From IMG/VR virus record IMGVR_UViG_3300025880_000014, positions 2,458 to 66,457 of that record: a stretch of 64,000 bases of DNA; one strand, given 5' to 3'. Source of the DNA: a virus. Made by a program: the position numbers and the translations under genes. Below, one piece after another: positions 10,071 through 19,755 of the stretch. The first letter of the stretch is position 1. Each line of letters opens with the position of its first letter. The notes under the pieces were generated by a model that had not been told where the DNA came from, did not search any database, and saw nothing but the letters and a program-made list of their open reading frames with translations.

Positions 10071-12794
10071 TTAAATAATTTTTAATATGTTTTTATTTAC
10101 TGTGTTTTTATTTCCGTTAGAATCCAATAAATCTAAAGATATTGTATAATATCCCTTGTCGCTAAACAAGTGAGTTAATATTGGATTACTATAATATATA
10201 TCTTCGATATTTAATGTATTGTTAGTTAATTTCCACTGTTGGCTAATTATTCCTGGCATGTTACTTAAATCATACGAAAATGTCATATGATTTAAAAGAT
10301 GCAATTCCGCCATACTATTTACTATATATGTGTCATCAAAACTAGGGTTATAACTTATAAAGTTAATCTCCTCGTTGATTGCATTCACAGAACTTAAAAA
10401 AGATATTGATTTAAAATCAAAACTCCTAGAAGGTTCTTTTCCAACTACTAATATATATTCACATTTATCTTCAGTACCGTCCGCATCTATGTCTTTTAAA
10501 ATTGGATTGTAATTAAATTTAGAAAACAATGGATGCTCTTCTGGATCTAAAGTTCTTAATTCAAACGCAACGTCATTCCATAAAGAGATTTCAGTATGTA
10601 AAGTTGGTAGTGTAGATGTAATTGTATATGAATCTTCGATAGAATCTCCAGTTATCGGATCTTCCTGTGTAATTGTTAAAACATCTCCTTGTATTACATT
10701 AGTTAAATCTATCTGAAAAGAAGAATTAATGTCTGCGCCGACTCTTGTCATTTTCCAAGTAATCTCCGGTCCGTCGTCCCATACATGCGCCTTAAGAGAT
10801 GCCCATTGATATGGGCCAGCAGTTTCACTAAAACCACTTGCACTACTAGAATCTAAATATCTCCTAACAGTTGACGCTGCTATTCCATACTGATTTTGAT
10901 CATATATGTAATTTGCACGATCCATTGTTAAATAATAAGTTCCAATTACTTCATCAACTGGCGTGATATTTTCTCTTGACCAATCCCAACTAGAACCAGC
11001 AGTATCCCATTTATGTTTATATTCTTTCCAGTCTAATTTTTTAGGTGCTAATTGAGTCAATCCATAAACTTCAACGTTTTTGTTTTTAACTTCAATCGCA
11101 TCTTTTAAAATCTTAGTACTTTTAACGTTATATAAATCGTATGCATTTGCCTCAACAGTATAAGTACCAACATAAGGTAAAGTCATTGGAAAATGCAAAT
11201 ATTCTTCGATAGGCCCTCTGAAAGATCTTAGATAATTCTTTGGTCCTCTTAATACCCATTCAATTTCGTAAACTCCACGATGCCACCAATTATCCCAAGT
11301 CAATAGGTGATTACCAGTATCTTCGGCATCCATAAAAGAAAATTCAGCAGCATCCCAGCTGTCTTCAATTCCTTCAATGTGTAAATTGATTGGGGCTCCA
11401 ATTGGAATTCCATCAATTGTGTTAAATGTATCTAAATTGCTATTGTAATATTCTGTATAAAAATCAGTAATAGATTCCGCGATAGTTAATTTATCTGAAG
11501 AACTAATAGAACCAAAGTCCTGTGCAAATCCTGTAAGTCTATAATCAACTTTACGTAAATCTTCTATAAATATATTTCTACCAGACGGCTCAATGACAGG
11601 GTTAAATTCAACCCCAGCGTCTTGTGTTTTAATAGATTGTTGGTTGTTCCAAACGTTTTGATTAAATTGAGAAAAGTAATCACCTTCACCTGTAATATCT
11701 ACAATCTTAGCTTGCAGTGGAAGATAATCTTTTTGTAATTTCTTTTTTAATCCGTATAATTTAATTAAAACTTCATCTGGTGAATAGTCAATAGTCTCCT
11801 GTACTGTTGGAATATCCCACTCATCTTGTAGCCCTGTTGGTGTATTTAATCGATACACTAAACTAAACCTTGAGGTTTTCTTTTGATTTGAGTTTGGTAA
11901 CTCTCCTCCTTTATTTTTGTCAGCTAAGAAACCAACAACATCTTGATTTGGAACAGCAACTGCTTTTAATTTTCCAAAGTTTTCAGATTGTTCATTGATA
12001 TTTAGCCAATATTCTTTTAGTGTGATTTTATCGTATCCAAAGAAATCAATTGCATTTAGCAGAGCTTTATACGTTCCAATAAATGGCTTGATTTGAGAAG
12101 CTTGTAAAAGTAATTCTTTACGCTTTTGATTTAATATAATAAAATCAGGAGATTGTTCTTGTATGTTAGAATCTTTAAAGATAAAATAATCTAAATCATC
12201 TAAGTTCATTCCCATGTTAGAAAGTAAAGTTCTTAGTCTTTCATCCTCTCCTTCGACTTCACCGTATACTTTAATTTGTGCAATCTCTCTAGTTTCAACA
12301 CCATCAACTAATTCAGTAATGCTTAAAGTTCTAATGTGAAAACCTTCATCACTAGAATTTAGTGCAACTTGTGCAGTTATTGGTGTGGCTTTTAAATTAT
12401 CTGTAACTACTTTTATATCGTTAGATGTTGAGGTTGAAGTAGTTGCCGGCAGTAGTTGACCTACTTGTGAATTATCTATTTGTATGTATAATTCTCCTGA
12501 ATCTTGCTTAGCACTATATAGAAATAAATCTTCGCTCGTATTATAGTCATCTTTAAATCTAAATTTAAAAGAAACTTCACCAGTAGATTCTGCAATTGGA
12601 GTTACGTGTAACTTTTCACCTAAAGGCCCTACGACTTCTTCTAATATATGTAAAGTTAATGTCTCATATAGCTCAGTAGAAACAACTGGTAAATATGAAA
12701 CCCCTTTCCAAATATTTAATTCATTGTCATAAATTAAATTTAAGTCATTAGATTCACTATCAAAAAATCTTAGATTGCTATAAGTGTTTGCCAT
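10071..12794 (-). CDS. Baseplate-associated structural protein (907 aa) with Ig/PKD-like segments
   Basis: PKD-like motifs (GTYTVEANAYD; GYYTISLDLLDSNGN); downstream of the gp6-like gene. Confidence 0.5.
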   Translation of the reverse strand: MANTYSNLRFFDSESNDLNLIYDNELNIWKGVSYLPVVSTELYETLTLHILEEVVGPLGEKLHVTPIAESTGEVSFKFRFKDDYNTSEDLFLYSAKQDSGELYIQIDNSQVGQLLPATTSTSTSNDIKVVTDNLKATPITAQVALNSSDEGFHIRTLSITELVDGVETREIAQIKVYGEVEGEDERLRTLLSNMGMNLDDLDYFIFKDSNIQEQSPDFIILNQKRKELLLQASQIKPFIGTYKALLNAIDFFGYDKITLKEYWLNINEQSENFGKLKAVAVPNQDVVGFLADKNKGGELPNSNQKKTSRFSLVYRLNTPTGLQDEWDIPTVQETIDYSPDEVLIKLYGLKKKLQKDYLPLQAKIVDITGEGDYFSQFNQNVWNNQQSIKTQDAGVEFNPVIEPSGRNIFIEDLRKVDYRLTGFAQDFGSISSSDKLTIAESITDFYTEYYNSNLDTFNTIDGIPIGAPINLHIEGIEDSWDAAEFSFMDAEDTGNHLLTWDNWWHRGVYEIEWVLRGPKNYLRSFRGPIEEYLHFPMTLPYVGTYTVEANAYDLYNVKSTKILKDAIEVKNKNVEVYGLTQLAPKKLDWKEYKHKWDTAGSSWDWSRENITPVDEVIGTYYLTMDRANYIYDQNQYGIAASTVRRYLDSSSASGFSETAGPYQWASLKAHVWDDGPEITWKMTRVGADINSSFQIDLTNVIQGDVLTITQEDPITGDSIEDSYTITSTLPTLHTEISLWNDVAFELRTLDPEEHPLFSKFNYNPILKDIDADGTEDKCEYILVVGKEPSRSFDFKSISFLSSVNAINEEINFISYNPSFDDTYIVNSMAELHLLNHMTFSYDLSNMPGIISQQWKLTNNTLNIEDIYYSNPILTHLFSDKGYYTISLDLLDSNGNKNTVNKNILKII

Positions 12795-13066
12795 TATCTA
12801 AAGTTTTTATAATCTTTTTTAGTTGTAAATGATTTGAATCCTTTTAAATAAGTTACCGAACCAACTAGATCCGATAATACCTTTTGGATTAAAACTATAA
12901 AATCATTCATTCTATTATTTCTAACAATATAAGGAGAAATAGATTTTCTTAGCATGTTATTTGTATAATCATTACCTAAGTTTTTGCGATTATCCATCGC
13001 ACTCTCTCGAATACTATAATTCCTTTTCTGTCTGCTCTTAAATAGATTTTGTATTAATGATGCCAT
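12794..13066 (-). CDS. Small basic hypothetical protein (90 aa)
   Basis: ORF track; 1-nt stop/start overlaps with both neighbours. Confidence 0.6.
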   Translation of the reverse strand: MASLIQNLFKSRQKRNYSIRESAMDNRKNLGNDYTNNMLRKSISPYIVRNNRMNDFIVLIQKVLSDLVGSVTYLKGFKSFTTKKDYKNFR

Positions 13067-14886
13067 TATAGTGCTTTTCTATTTTTAGCTTGTATTTTAG
13101 AAAATATTGTGTTTGGTACTGCGGGTTCATCAAAGTAAATTGATAGTGCAGCCTGTTCTCCTAGTTTAGCATCGTCTGGGATTTCAACTCCATCACGATC
13201 TAACCAACCTCCTCTAAATAAGGCAACTTCTTCTTTACCTAATAAAATATCTCCAAAAGAATCTAAATTAATAACATCCTCTGGTAAAGCAGCATTAGGT
13301 TCAAAACTTATCTTTCTTTCAGTAACTGTTCTCTTAAAGAAAACATATTTTTGTTTTCCATTACCAATGTCTTCTAATATAGGAGTTGATGGTGTTACCA
13401 TAACTTTCTCTAGAGTGTAGTATCCTTGTCTCCTTGCATCTTCTTCTACTTTCGAGATAAATCTTACATTTACGGAATCAATCCCCTCAATGCTCTCTAA
13501 AAGGGCTATGATGTCTGACTTTGGTAAACGATCTCTTCTTGTTATATTAATTAAATAGTCTGATATTTTAGATCTGATTTCAGAATACAGTGCTGGTTTA
13601 TTATAACCTTCAAAATATCTAACCTTTACATCCATACTAAAATATTGAACATCTGGCTCAACGATCTTAACTTCAGTTGTTACCATTTGTTGGCCACTAT
13701 TTTCAAGTAATTCTAAGAATCCATTCTTTTCATCACTTGAGAAAAAGAATTCATCTAATTCTAAGTTAAAGTAATCTTTATTCTTAGTTAATTTTCTAGC
13801 AGTATCGGGTAGCATGAATAAATAAATCACGTTATCATCGTCAATGTATCCGTCATCTGTTGTATTGTATGCATCTAAATAAGAGAACATTCCGTATCTT
13901 GATAGAAAGTGCTCGAATGCTTCTGGGTTTGCCAATACAAATGAGTGAGATTGCAATGGGGCAATTAATTTAGTTAATTCAGTAGGTTCTGGATCTGCTC
14001 CCATTTTAGGTGCCGCAGTAAAAGATGATTCTAATAACTCATTTAAGTCATAAGTTTCTCCTAAAGAATCAAATCCTTCAGTTATAAATTTAAAAGTAAG
14101 ATCCTTTGATCCTGTTAAATTACCCTTTGCTCCGTCAGTAATTAAATATTCTACATCAATAGAAGAACCAGAGGCTGGAATTTCACCAAAAGAACCATTT
14201 CCAAAATAAATATCTAATCCTCCGTTGATTCCAGTTTTAACTAAATATCCTTTGGTACCAACTTTCATATCGTATAGTGAATCATATTTAGTCCATAGTT
14301 CACTGTTAACACTAACTCTAACTGAATGGTGATCTGTGTTTTTCTTAGTAATTACATTGAATGATTGTAATTTTTCACCAGTTGCTGTTATTGTTTGAGT
14401 TTCTATTTTACCTTGGGTTACTGGAATATAAATATAGTTAACATTACTTTTTTCAATTCTAAATTGATCGTTGTTTGTCTTTAAAATATATTCTAAACCA
14501 TTAGACGTACATTTTATAATAGAATTTTGTGGTATGTTAAGAGCGTCTCCTGCAATATCAGTAGCTGCTGTCGTGTTTAATCTTATTTTTATTTCACCGT
14601 ATGCACTTGCTCCTCTAAATGCGTCGTGCCCTGCTAATCTAGCAAGTCCATAAATAGATTCATTATTTTGTGCAGTTAATATATTTTGTTCAACCGTTGC
14701 GTCTTCTATGTAGAAGAAAATAAGTTTAGTTATTTCAGATAATACATCTAATACTTGAGAGAATGGAGACGCTGTTGTGAATAATTCGCCAGTCCTTCCA
14801 TATAAACGAGAAATATATGACCTCGTATCTGAGATCATTTCGTTTGCTCTTAATCTAGTTGCATTTAAAAATTTAAATTCAGCCAT
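13066..14886 (-). CDS. Baseplate wedge protein (T4 gp6 / baseplate J-like)
   Basis: EQNILTAQ..SIYGLARLAG, LDIYFGNGSFGEIP, IDVEYLITDGAKGN and GADPE motifs typical of gp6; next to a gp25-like gene. Confidence 0.72.
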   Translation of the reverse strand: MAEFKFLNATRLRANEMISDTRSYISRLYGRTGELFTTASPFSQVLDVLSEITKLIFFYIEDATVEQNILTAQNNESIYGLARLAGHDAFRGASAYGEIKIRLNTTAATDIAGDALNIPQNSIIKCTSNGLEYILKTNNDQFRIEKSNVNYIYIPVTQGKIETQTITATGEKLQSFNVITKKNTDHHSVRVSVNSELWTKYDSLYDMKVGTKGYLVKTGINGGLDIYFGNGSFGEIPASGSSIDVEYLITDGAKGNLTGSKDLTFKFITEGFDSLGETYDLNELLESSFTAAPKMGADPEPTELTKLIAPLQSHSFVLANPEAFEHFLSRYGMFSYLDAYNTTDDGYIDDDNVIYLFMLPDTARKLTKNKDYFNLELDEFFFSSDEKNGFLELLENSGQQMVTTEVKIVEPDVQYFSMDVKVRYFEGYNKPALYSEIRSKISDYLINITRRDRLPKSDIIALLESIEGIDSVNVRFISKVEEDARRQGYYTLEKVMVTPSTPILEDIGNGKQKYVFFKRTVTERKISFEPNAALPEDVINLDSFGDILLGKEEVALFRGGWLDRDGVEIPDDAKLGEQAALSIYFDEPAVPNTIFSKIQAKNRKAL

Positions 14887-14903
14887 TGTTTATTTTTATA
14901 ATT

Positions 14904-15257
14904 TTATATATAGACTCCTAATTGGAATCTAGAATCTACTGTAATATCTAAAAAGACTACGTGGTTTGCCACATCATCGACTACTTCAATACCAACACTA
15001 ACGTTATATTTAGAAGCTAGTGGTATAAATTCAGCTATTTGATTATCAATAACTGTTTTTAATTGATAGTCATTATATCTTAACTCATATACATAATCTT
15101 CTAAGTTTGCTCCAAAATTAGGTTGCCCTAATACTTCTCCCTTTCTAGTGAAAAGCATTGTTTGTATCTGCGTTAACAACATTGACAATTCACTGTCCTG
15201 TTGCATTACATCAGATTTATAGTTAGGTTCCCCAATATTTTTTACGTAAAACTCCAT
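14904..15257 (-). CDS. Baseplate wedge / sheath initiator (gp25, GPW-like)
   Basis: QIQTMLFTRKGEVLGQPNFGANLEDYVYE matches the gp25 signature; 117 aa. Confidence 0.85.
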   Translation of the reverse strand: MEFYVKNIGEPNYKSDVMQQDSELSMLLTQIQTMLFTRKGEVLGQPNFGANLEDYVYELRYNDYQLKTVIDNQIAEFIPLASKYNVSVGIEVVDDVANHVVFLDITVDSRFQLGVYI

Positions 15258-15273
15258 ATGATTATATATACGT

Positions 15274-16104
15274 TTAAGAATGCATCATCCAATCCGTTCC
15301 TTCGTCTCCTTTTATTTCTTCAATTATTGCTTCTAATTCTCCTTCTCCTAATCCCTGTATAAGATCTGCATTTACTTGAATATTTCCAGGTAATGTAAAT
15401 CCGAATATTCCTAGTTTTTGACCTAAAGAAACTTTGATCTTTGCTGCACAATATCTAAAGAATGCTTCATCTCCAAAGAGAGCGCATTCCGGAATAGTTT
15501 CGTAAACTTCAAGTATAATATCTCTTTTAGGTGTTTCTCCTGTGAATTTAAGTTCGTGTGTTAATTGGTTATAATTAAAACTAATTGGGTTATCTATGAT
15601 TTGTCTAGCAAGATCATAAAAACTTTCGTTAATTACATATGATTGTAGGTTTTCTGCAGCTGCTGCTGTGTTTGCACCGCCATATGTTCCTTGCATCATC
15701 ATTCTTTCCATACTGAAATCTCCTTTTTGAAAATCAATATCGCTTGAACCTCCCCATCTTGAACCAGTTTCTGAACAACCATACACTGAGTATATTTCGT
15801 TTCCGCCAGTTGATGGGTCCATTCCTGGTAGTGTAAAAGATCTTGTTGCTTTAAATTTGTCAGACTCAAATAGAGCGTGAGGTAAAACCACAAAACTTTC
15901 TTTGACAGAATATTCATAGTTTTTATAAAACCATTTTTTAGCTCTTTTAACTATGTTTTGAACTTCCTTTTTTGGTAAATTCATTGGGATCATACAAGAA
16001 CCTGTAACATCATCGGCTAATTCTAATACAAATGTATTAAAACAATCATTTCCTGGTTCTATGTCGTCTAGCCATGATTCTTGACCTACAAAAATATTAC
16101 TCAT
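15274..16104 (-). CDS. Neck protein (T4 gp13-like)
   Basis: C-terminal YCAAKIKVSLGQKLGIFGFTLPGNIQVNA resembles the gp13 C-terminus. Confidence 0.65.
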   Translation of the reverse strand: MSNIFVGQESWLDDIEPGNDCFNTFVLELADDVTGSCMIPMNLPKKEVQNIVKRAKKWFYKNYEYSVKESFVVLPHALFESDKFKATRSFTLPGMDPSTGGNEIYSVYGCSETGSRWGGSSDIDFQKGDFSMERMMMQGTYGGANTAAAAENLQSYVINESFYDLARQIIDNPISFNYNQLTHELKFTGETPKRDIILEVYETIPECALFGDEAFFRYCAAKIKVSLGQKLGIFGFTLPGNIQVNADLIQGLGEGELEAIIEEIKGDEGTDWMMHS

Positions 16105-16121
16105 TTTTATTATTTTATTTT

Positions 16122-17414
16122 TTAAACTTCGTTGTATAGGATCTTTTCAGTTCCTTTAAACTTTGCTAATTTTTTATCGTATCTTCCTTCTCTAAATATA
16201 CCGTCTTCCATAGTACCTTTTAAGATACCATCACCATATATATAACCGTCTTTTACCGTAACACTCTGGTGAATATAACTGCTTTTTACTTTAGATGAAA
16301 CAATTTCACAATTGTCATAAAAATTACAATCATGAATATCTGAACCTTCTATTTTACATCTAAATAGATCACAGTAAAATAACTCACCACGAATATCACA
16401 CTCGATAAAATCATATCTTTCTAATTCAACACAATATTTTAATTCACCTTTATTAACTTGAATTTTACCGGTATCTGAATCATAATTAATATGCCCCTTA
16501 ACAAGAGAACCATGTGTAAATAATCTAATTACCCTTTCTTTAATATTTTGCCAATGTAGGTCTAAAATCTGAGCATCTTTTCTTAAATCAACCGTAAACT
16601 CTACGTTTTTCCAGTTTTTTTCAATTGCTCTCCAATTAGATCTAGCGTCGATAATTCTTTTGTTCTCAGCCAATATCCTTCTTAACTCTATTGCATTAAG
16701 TTGTGTGAAATGATTATCTTCAGTCGAATTCCAAAGTTGTATTAGAAATTGATCTAACATGTGTAGGATTGATGATGTTTTCTTTTCCCAATCAGCTCCT
16801 CCAATATATCTAAACTCTAAATAATTTTTATGTCTTTTATCGAAGTTGATTCCATAGTATTTAGAATCAGGGTAGATGAAGTTTTGTGAGTGTATATGTT
16901 CTCCGTTAAAAAAACTCATACCTGATTTTGGAAGTACAAATTTTATAGATTTAGCATATGCTGAATCTTCTCTTTCCGGAAAGAATTTAAAAACCTTGTC
17001 CTCTTTAAAATCTAATATAAATTTAAGAACATTCATTTTAGAAATTCTGTTCTTTTCTTTTATCTGATTTTTATCAAAAGATAGGTTTAAGTGAATTGAT
17101 GATCTGTCGTTAGTGTAACCATTTTCTTCAATCCATCTGCATACATTAATGATCATCAGTCGAGCAGCGTAATATGGAAGTGCACCAGTAACAAGCTCCA
17201 TTAGCTTTTCACCACCACTCATATCAGGCTCTATTTTAAACTCATCTGCTGTAACTTCAAAATCGCTATGCGCCTTTGCTTCAACTCTTATTTTTTTACC
17301 AATAAGCTTTGCAAGTTCTTTTGCAGTTTCGTCAATTGTCTTATTAGAATAGAATTCAAATTCTACTCCAACCAGACATTTTTTTAGTATTTCTGAATCG
17401 TTAAATGTGTTCAT
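16122..17414 (-). CDS. Putative amidoligase (COOH-NH2 ligase type 2) with a C-terminal beta-helix-like repeat
   Basis: GVEFEF, EPD..G...ELVT, SIHLNLS, KYYGINF, LEFRYIGG motifs; C-terminal Cys/Ile 5-residue repeats. Confidence 0.7.
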   Translation of the reverse strand: MNTFNDSEILKKCLVGVEFEFYSNKTIDETAKELAKLIGKKIRVEAKAHSDFEVTADEFKIEPDMSGGEKLMELVTGALPYYAARLMIINVCRWIEENGYTNDRSSIHLNLSFDKNQIKEKNRISKMNVLKFILDFKEDKVFKFFPEREDSAYAKSIKFVLPKSGMSFFNGEHIHSQNFIYPDSKYYGINFDKRHKNYLEFRYIGGADWEKKTSSILHMLDQFLIQLWNSTEDNHFTQLNAIELRRILAENKRIIDARSNWRAIEKNWKNVEFTVDLRKDAQILDLHWQNIKERVIRLFTHGSLVKGHINYDSDTGKIQVNKGELKYCVELERYDFIECDIRGELFYCDLFRCKIEGSDIHDCNFYDNCEIVSSKVKSSYIHQSVTVKDGYIYGDGILKGTMEDGIFREGRYDKKLAKFKGTEKILYNEV

Positions 17415-17478
17415 CCTAGAATATATGTTAAACTTAAGTTAGTTTATATATTCAAGATATATTATGATAATATTGAAA

Positions 17479-17709
17479 CTATCTTTCTAGAATCACAAAA
17501 TCACCGAACGCATCATCAAAAACTTGAATTAGATTTTCATAATCTCCACTTTGCATTTGTTTCAGTAGATCTTCATATGGCTTATCTAGGTCTTGTGAAA
17601 ACTTTTTAGCATATGCAAGTAATGAAAACGCATTGCCGTCCGGTCCAGTTAAATCAATAATGATAGGTCCTCCTTGGTGTTTATGTATTTTCTTTCTAAT
17701 CATCTCCAA
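17479..17709 (-). CDS. Small hypothetical phage protein (76 aa)
   Basis: ORF track; IIIDLTGPDGNAF motif; overlaps the upstream ORF. Confidence 0.6.
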   Translation of the reverse strand: MEMIRKKIHKHQGGPIIIDLTGPDGNAFSLLAYAKKFSQDLDKPYEDLLKQMQSGDYENLIQVFDDAFGDFVILER

Positions 17710-18043
17710 GTAAATTAGTTGCTATAATAAAATTAGAAATCTCATCTTCAGTTATATTATCTATCAATGGGAATATTTCATCAATATCTTCACGGCCTAC
17801 CCATCCAATAACATCATCATTAATTCCCGGCTTTACTAGTTTAGTAAAAAAAGGTATATTATCTTTATGTAATATTGCAATCTCAAAAGAAGAATGTTCT
17901 TTTTCAGAATTTAAATCTTCTCTTGGCGTACAGTATGCTGTTTTACCAGCAGCAACACTCAATATTAATCCGTTATCGAAGTGATGTGTTGCGTTTATTC
18001 CTCCCCATCCTAATTTTCTAAATTTTAATTCTTTAAATTTCAT
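17696..18043 (-). CDS. Hypothetical protein (115 aa)
   Basis: ORF track; A-rich leader. Confidence 0.6.
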   Translation of the reverse strand: MKFKELKFRKLGWGGINATHHFDNGLILSVAAGKTAYCTPREDLNSEKEHSSFEIAILHKDNIPFFTKLVKPGINDDVIGWVGREDIDEIFPLIDNITEDEISNFIIATNLLGDD

Positions 18044-18054
18044 GTTTTAATTTT

Positions 18055-18276
18055 TTAAAGTTCAAAGTTTTCTTGAAGTTCTTTGATTAATTTTTTGATC
18101 TCACTCTTATTAAGGGTGATATGTGTGAAGAAGTCTTCTTGTGCTCTCATTGTTAATTGGAGTTTCATACCTTCTTTACCTCCACTGAATCTTGTCAATG
18201 ACATTTCAGTGTTTTCCATTTCGTTTGTCTTTTGACTGTGAAATTGACCTTTAAGTGATTTTAGTTCGGTTGACAT
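18055..18276 (-). CDS. Hypothetical protein (73 aa; start corrected to MSTELKSLK)
   Basis: The track start at 18312 lies inside the promoter motif at 18301-18332; the ATG at 18276 is 25 nt downstream of it. Confidence 0.6.
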   Translation of the reverse strand: MSTELKSLKGQFHSQKTNEMENTEMSLTRFSGGKEGMKLQLTMRAQEDFFTHITLNKSEIKKLIKELQENFEL

Positions 18277-18300
18277 ATCTATTACGTTTTTAATTATAAT

Positions 18301-18332
18301 TAAATATAACACTTTTTATTGATATAAAAAAA
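18301..18332 (-). promoter_or_regulatory. Putative early promoter, class 1: TTTTTTTATATCA-N10-TTATATTTA (copy 1)
   Basis: Same bipartite motif at 35546-35577 and 39494-39525; resembles the Bacteroidota -33 TTTG / -7 TAnnTTTG promoter. Confidence 0.7.
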
Positions 18333-18375
18333 CTTTTGGGCAATTATTTTGTAATTTATAATGATTATAAATAAG

Positions 18376-18406
18376 AAAGGCCCAAACATAAAATGAATGG
18401 GCCTTT
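18376..18406 (-). terminator. Intrinsic terminator after the bS1 gene
   Basis: AAAGGCCCA / TGGGCCTTT stem followed by a U-rich tract on the minus strand. Confidence 0.6.
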
Positions 18407-18428
18407 AGTTTATAAAAATAAAGTCGTC

Positions 18429-19697
18429 TTAGATTTTCAAGAAAATCTTTCTAGAGTCTGGATCGATTCTAGTAACCTGTACTGTGATATTATCTCCAGG
18501 TTTAATAGTTTCTAAATCTATAACATCTTCAATTTCTGAAATATGTAATAGCCCAGCAACTCCTTTTTCAATGTCTACAAAGATACCATAGTCTTTTACT
18601 GCTCGAACTGTTCCAACAATTTCACTTGGTGTTTTGATTCTATCAGTAATACCATCCCATAAGTCAACAACTGGTTTAGCATCAATCTGAGTTAAGATAA
18701 TCTTTTCGTTAGATACTACTTCTTTAATCTTAAAGTTAATATCATCTCCTGGTTTGATTTCTCTAGCTCGGTGTGCTTTTAATAGTTCAGGAGTTAGATC
18801 ATTTACGTGAATCATTCCAGTTAAACATTCATCAAACTCTACAAATACTCCGTATTTTGCAGAACCTGTAACTTTACCAGTAAGATCTTGTGTTAGATTT
18901 TCCTTTAGTGCTTCAATTTTAGAAGGAATCATTGCTTTTAAGTATTCTCTGTGAGATACTACAATAGTTCCTCTTTTTTCTGAAAAACTAACTGGCACAA
19001 CATACATATTCCCGCCTACAATAGATTCAAAATCCGCTAATTTGTTGATTCCAGCTAAAGAGCCTGGCATGAAACAATCAACCCCCTGTACAGTAACGAT
19101 GTAACCTCCGCCTGGTATCATTTGAGAAACTGTCCCCATATAACCAGTGTTACCTTCGTCAATTGAAGCCATGATTTCTTTAACTACCGCTGATTTAATA
19201 CCTGCACTAATAGATCCTAATACAAATCCTCGGCCTCCGCCCATCTGAGTAACTTGAATTTTAACCTCAGCATCTGGTACAAATAATTCTCTAACGCTTG
19301 CTTCTTCTTTTAGTACATTAACATATACATTTTCACGATATCCAATATCGACTGATACCCATTCTTGATTTATACTATAAATAGTACCTGCATATATTTC
19401 ACCAACCTCAACTTTCATCTGAGCTGGTTTAGATGCTTCATATCCGTTAAGTAAATCTACGAAATCTTGTGCGTATGGTTCATGTGAGTATACATTAAAC
19501 CTACCTGTGTTTTTAAGGCTTTTATTTATCTTTCTAGATCTAGAAGGACAATCTGCCTCATGTGCATCCCAATCAAATTTTTCAACTGGAACATTAGCAT
19601 TTTTTAAATATGCTAATTTGTCTTTTTGTTTTGTTTCTTGAGCTACTGGTTCTTCTTTAGCCAGCCTTACTCTTTTTGTTTTAACGTCTGTGGACAT
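18429..19697 (-). CDS. rpsA: Phage-encoded ribosomal protein bS1 (four S1/OB domains, 422 aa)
   Basis: S1 repeats (GYIVTVQGVDCFMPGS, YGVFVEF..LTGMIHVNDL, YGIFVDIEKGVAGLLHISEI). LKNANVPVEKFDWDAHE resembles the Bacteroidota bS1 N-terminus. Confidence 0.9.
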   Translation of the reverse strand: MSTDVKTKRVRLAKEEPVAQETKQKDKLAYLKNANVPVEKFDWDAHEADCPSRSRKINKSLKNTGRFNVYSHEPYAQDFVDLLNGYEASKPAQMKVEVGEIYAGTIYSINQEWVSVDIGYRENVYVNVLKEEASVRELFVPDAEVKIQVTQMGGGRGFVLGSISAGIKSAVVKEIMASIDEGNTGYMGTVSQMIPGGGYIVTVQGVDCFMPGSLAGINKLADFESIVGGNMYVVPVSFSEKRGTIVVSHREYLKAMIPSKIEALKENLTQDLTGKVTGSAKYGVFVEFDECLTGMIHVNDLTPELLKAHRAREIKPGDDINFKIKEVVSNEKIILTQIDAKPVVDLWDGITDRIKTPSEIVGTVRAVKDYGIFVDIEKGVAGLLHISEIEDVIDLETIKPGDNITVQVTRIDPDSRKIFLKI

Positions 19698-19755
19698 TCT
19701 TTTTTTAATTTAAATTGTTAATAGTGAATAAATAATTATAGTTTATATATACTTT

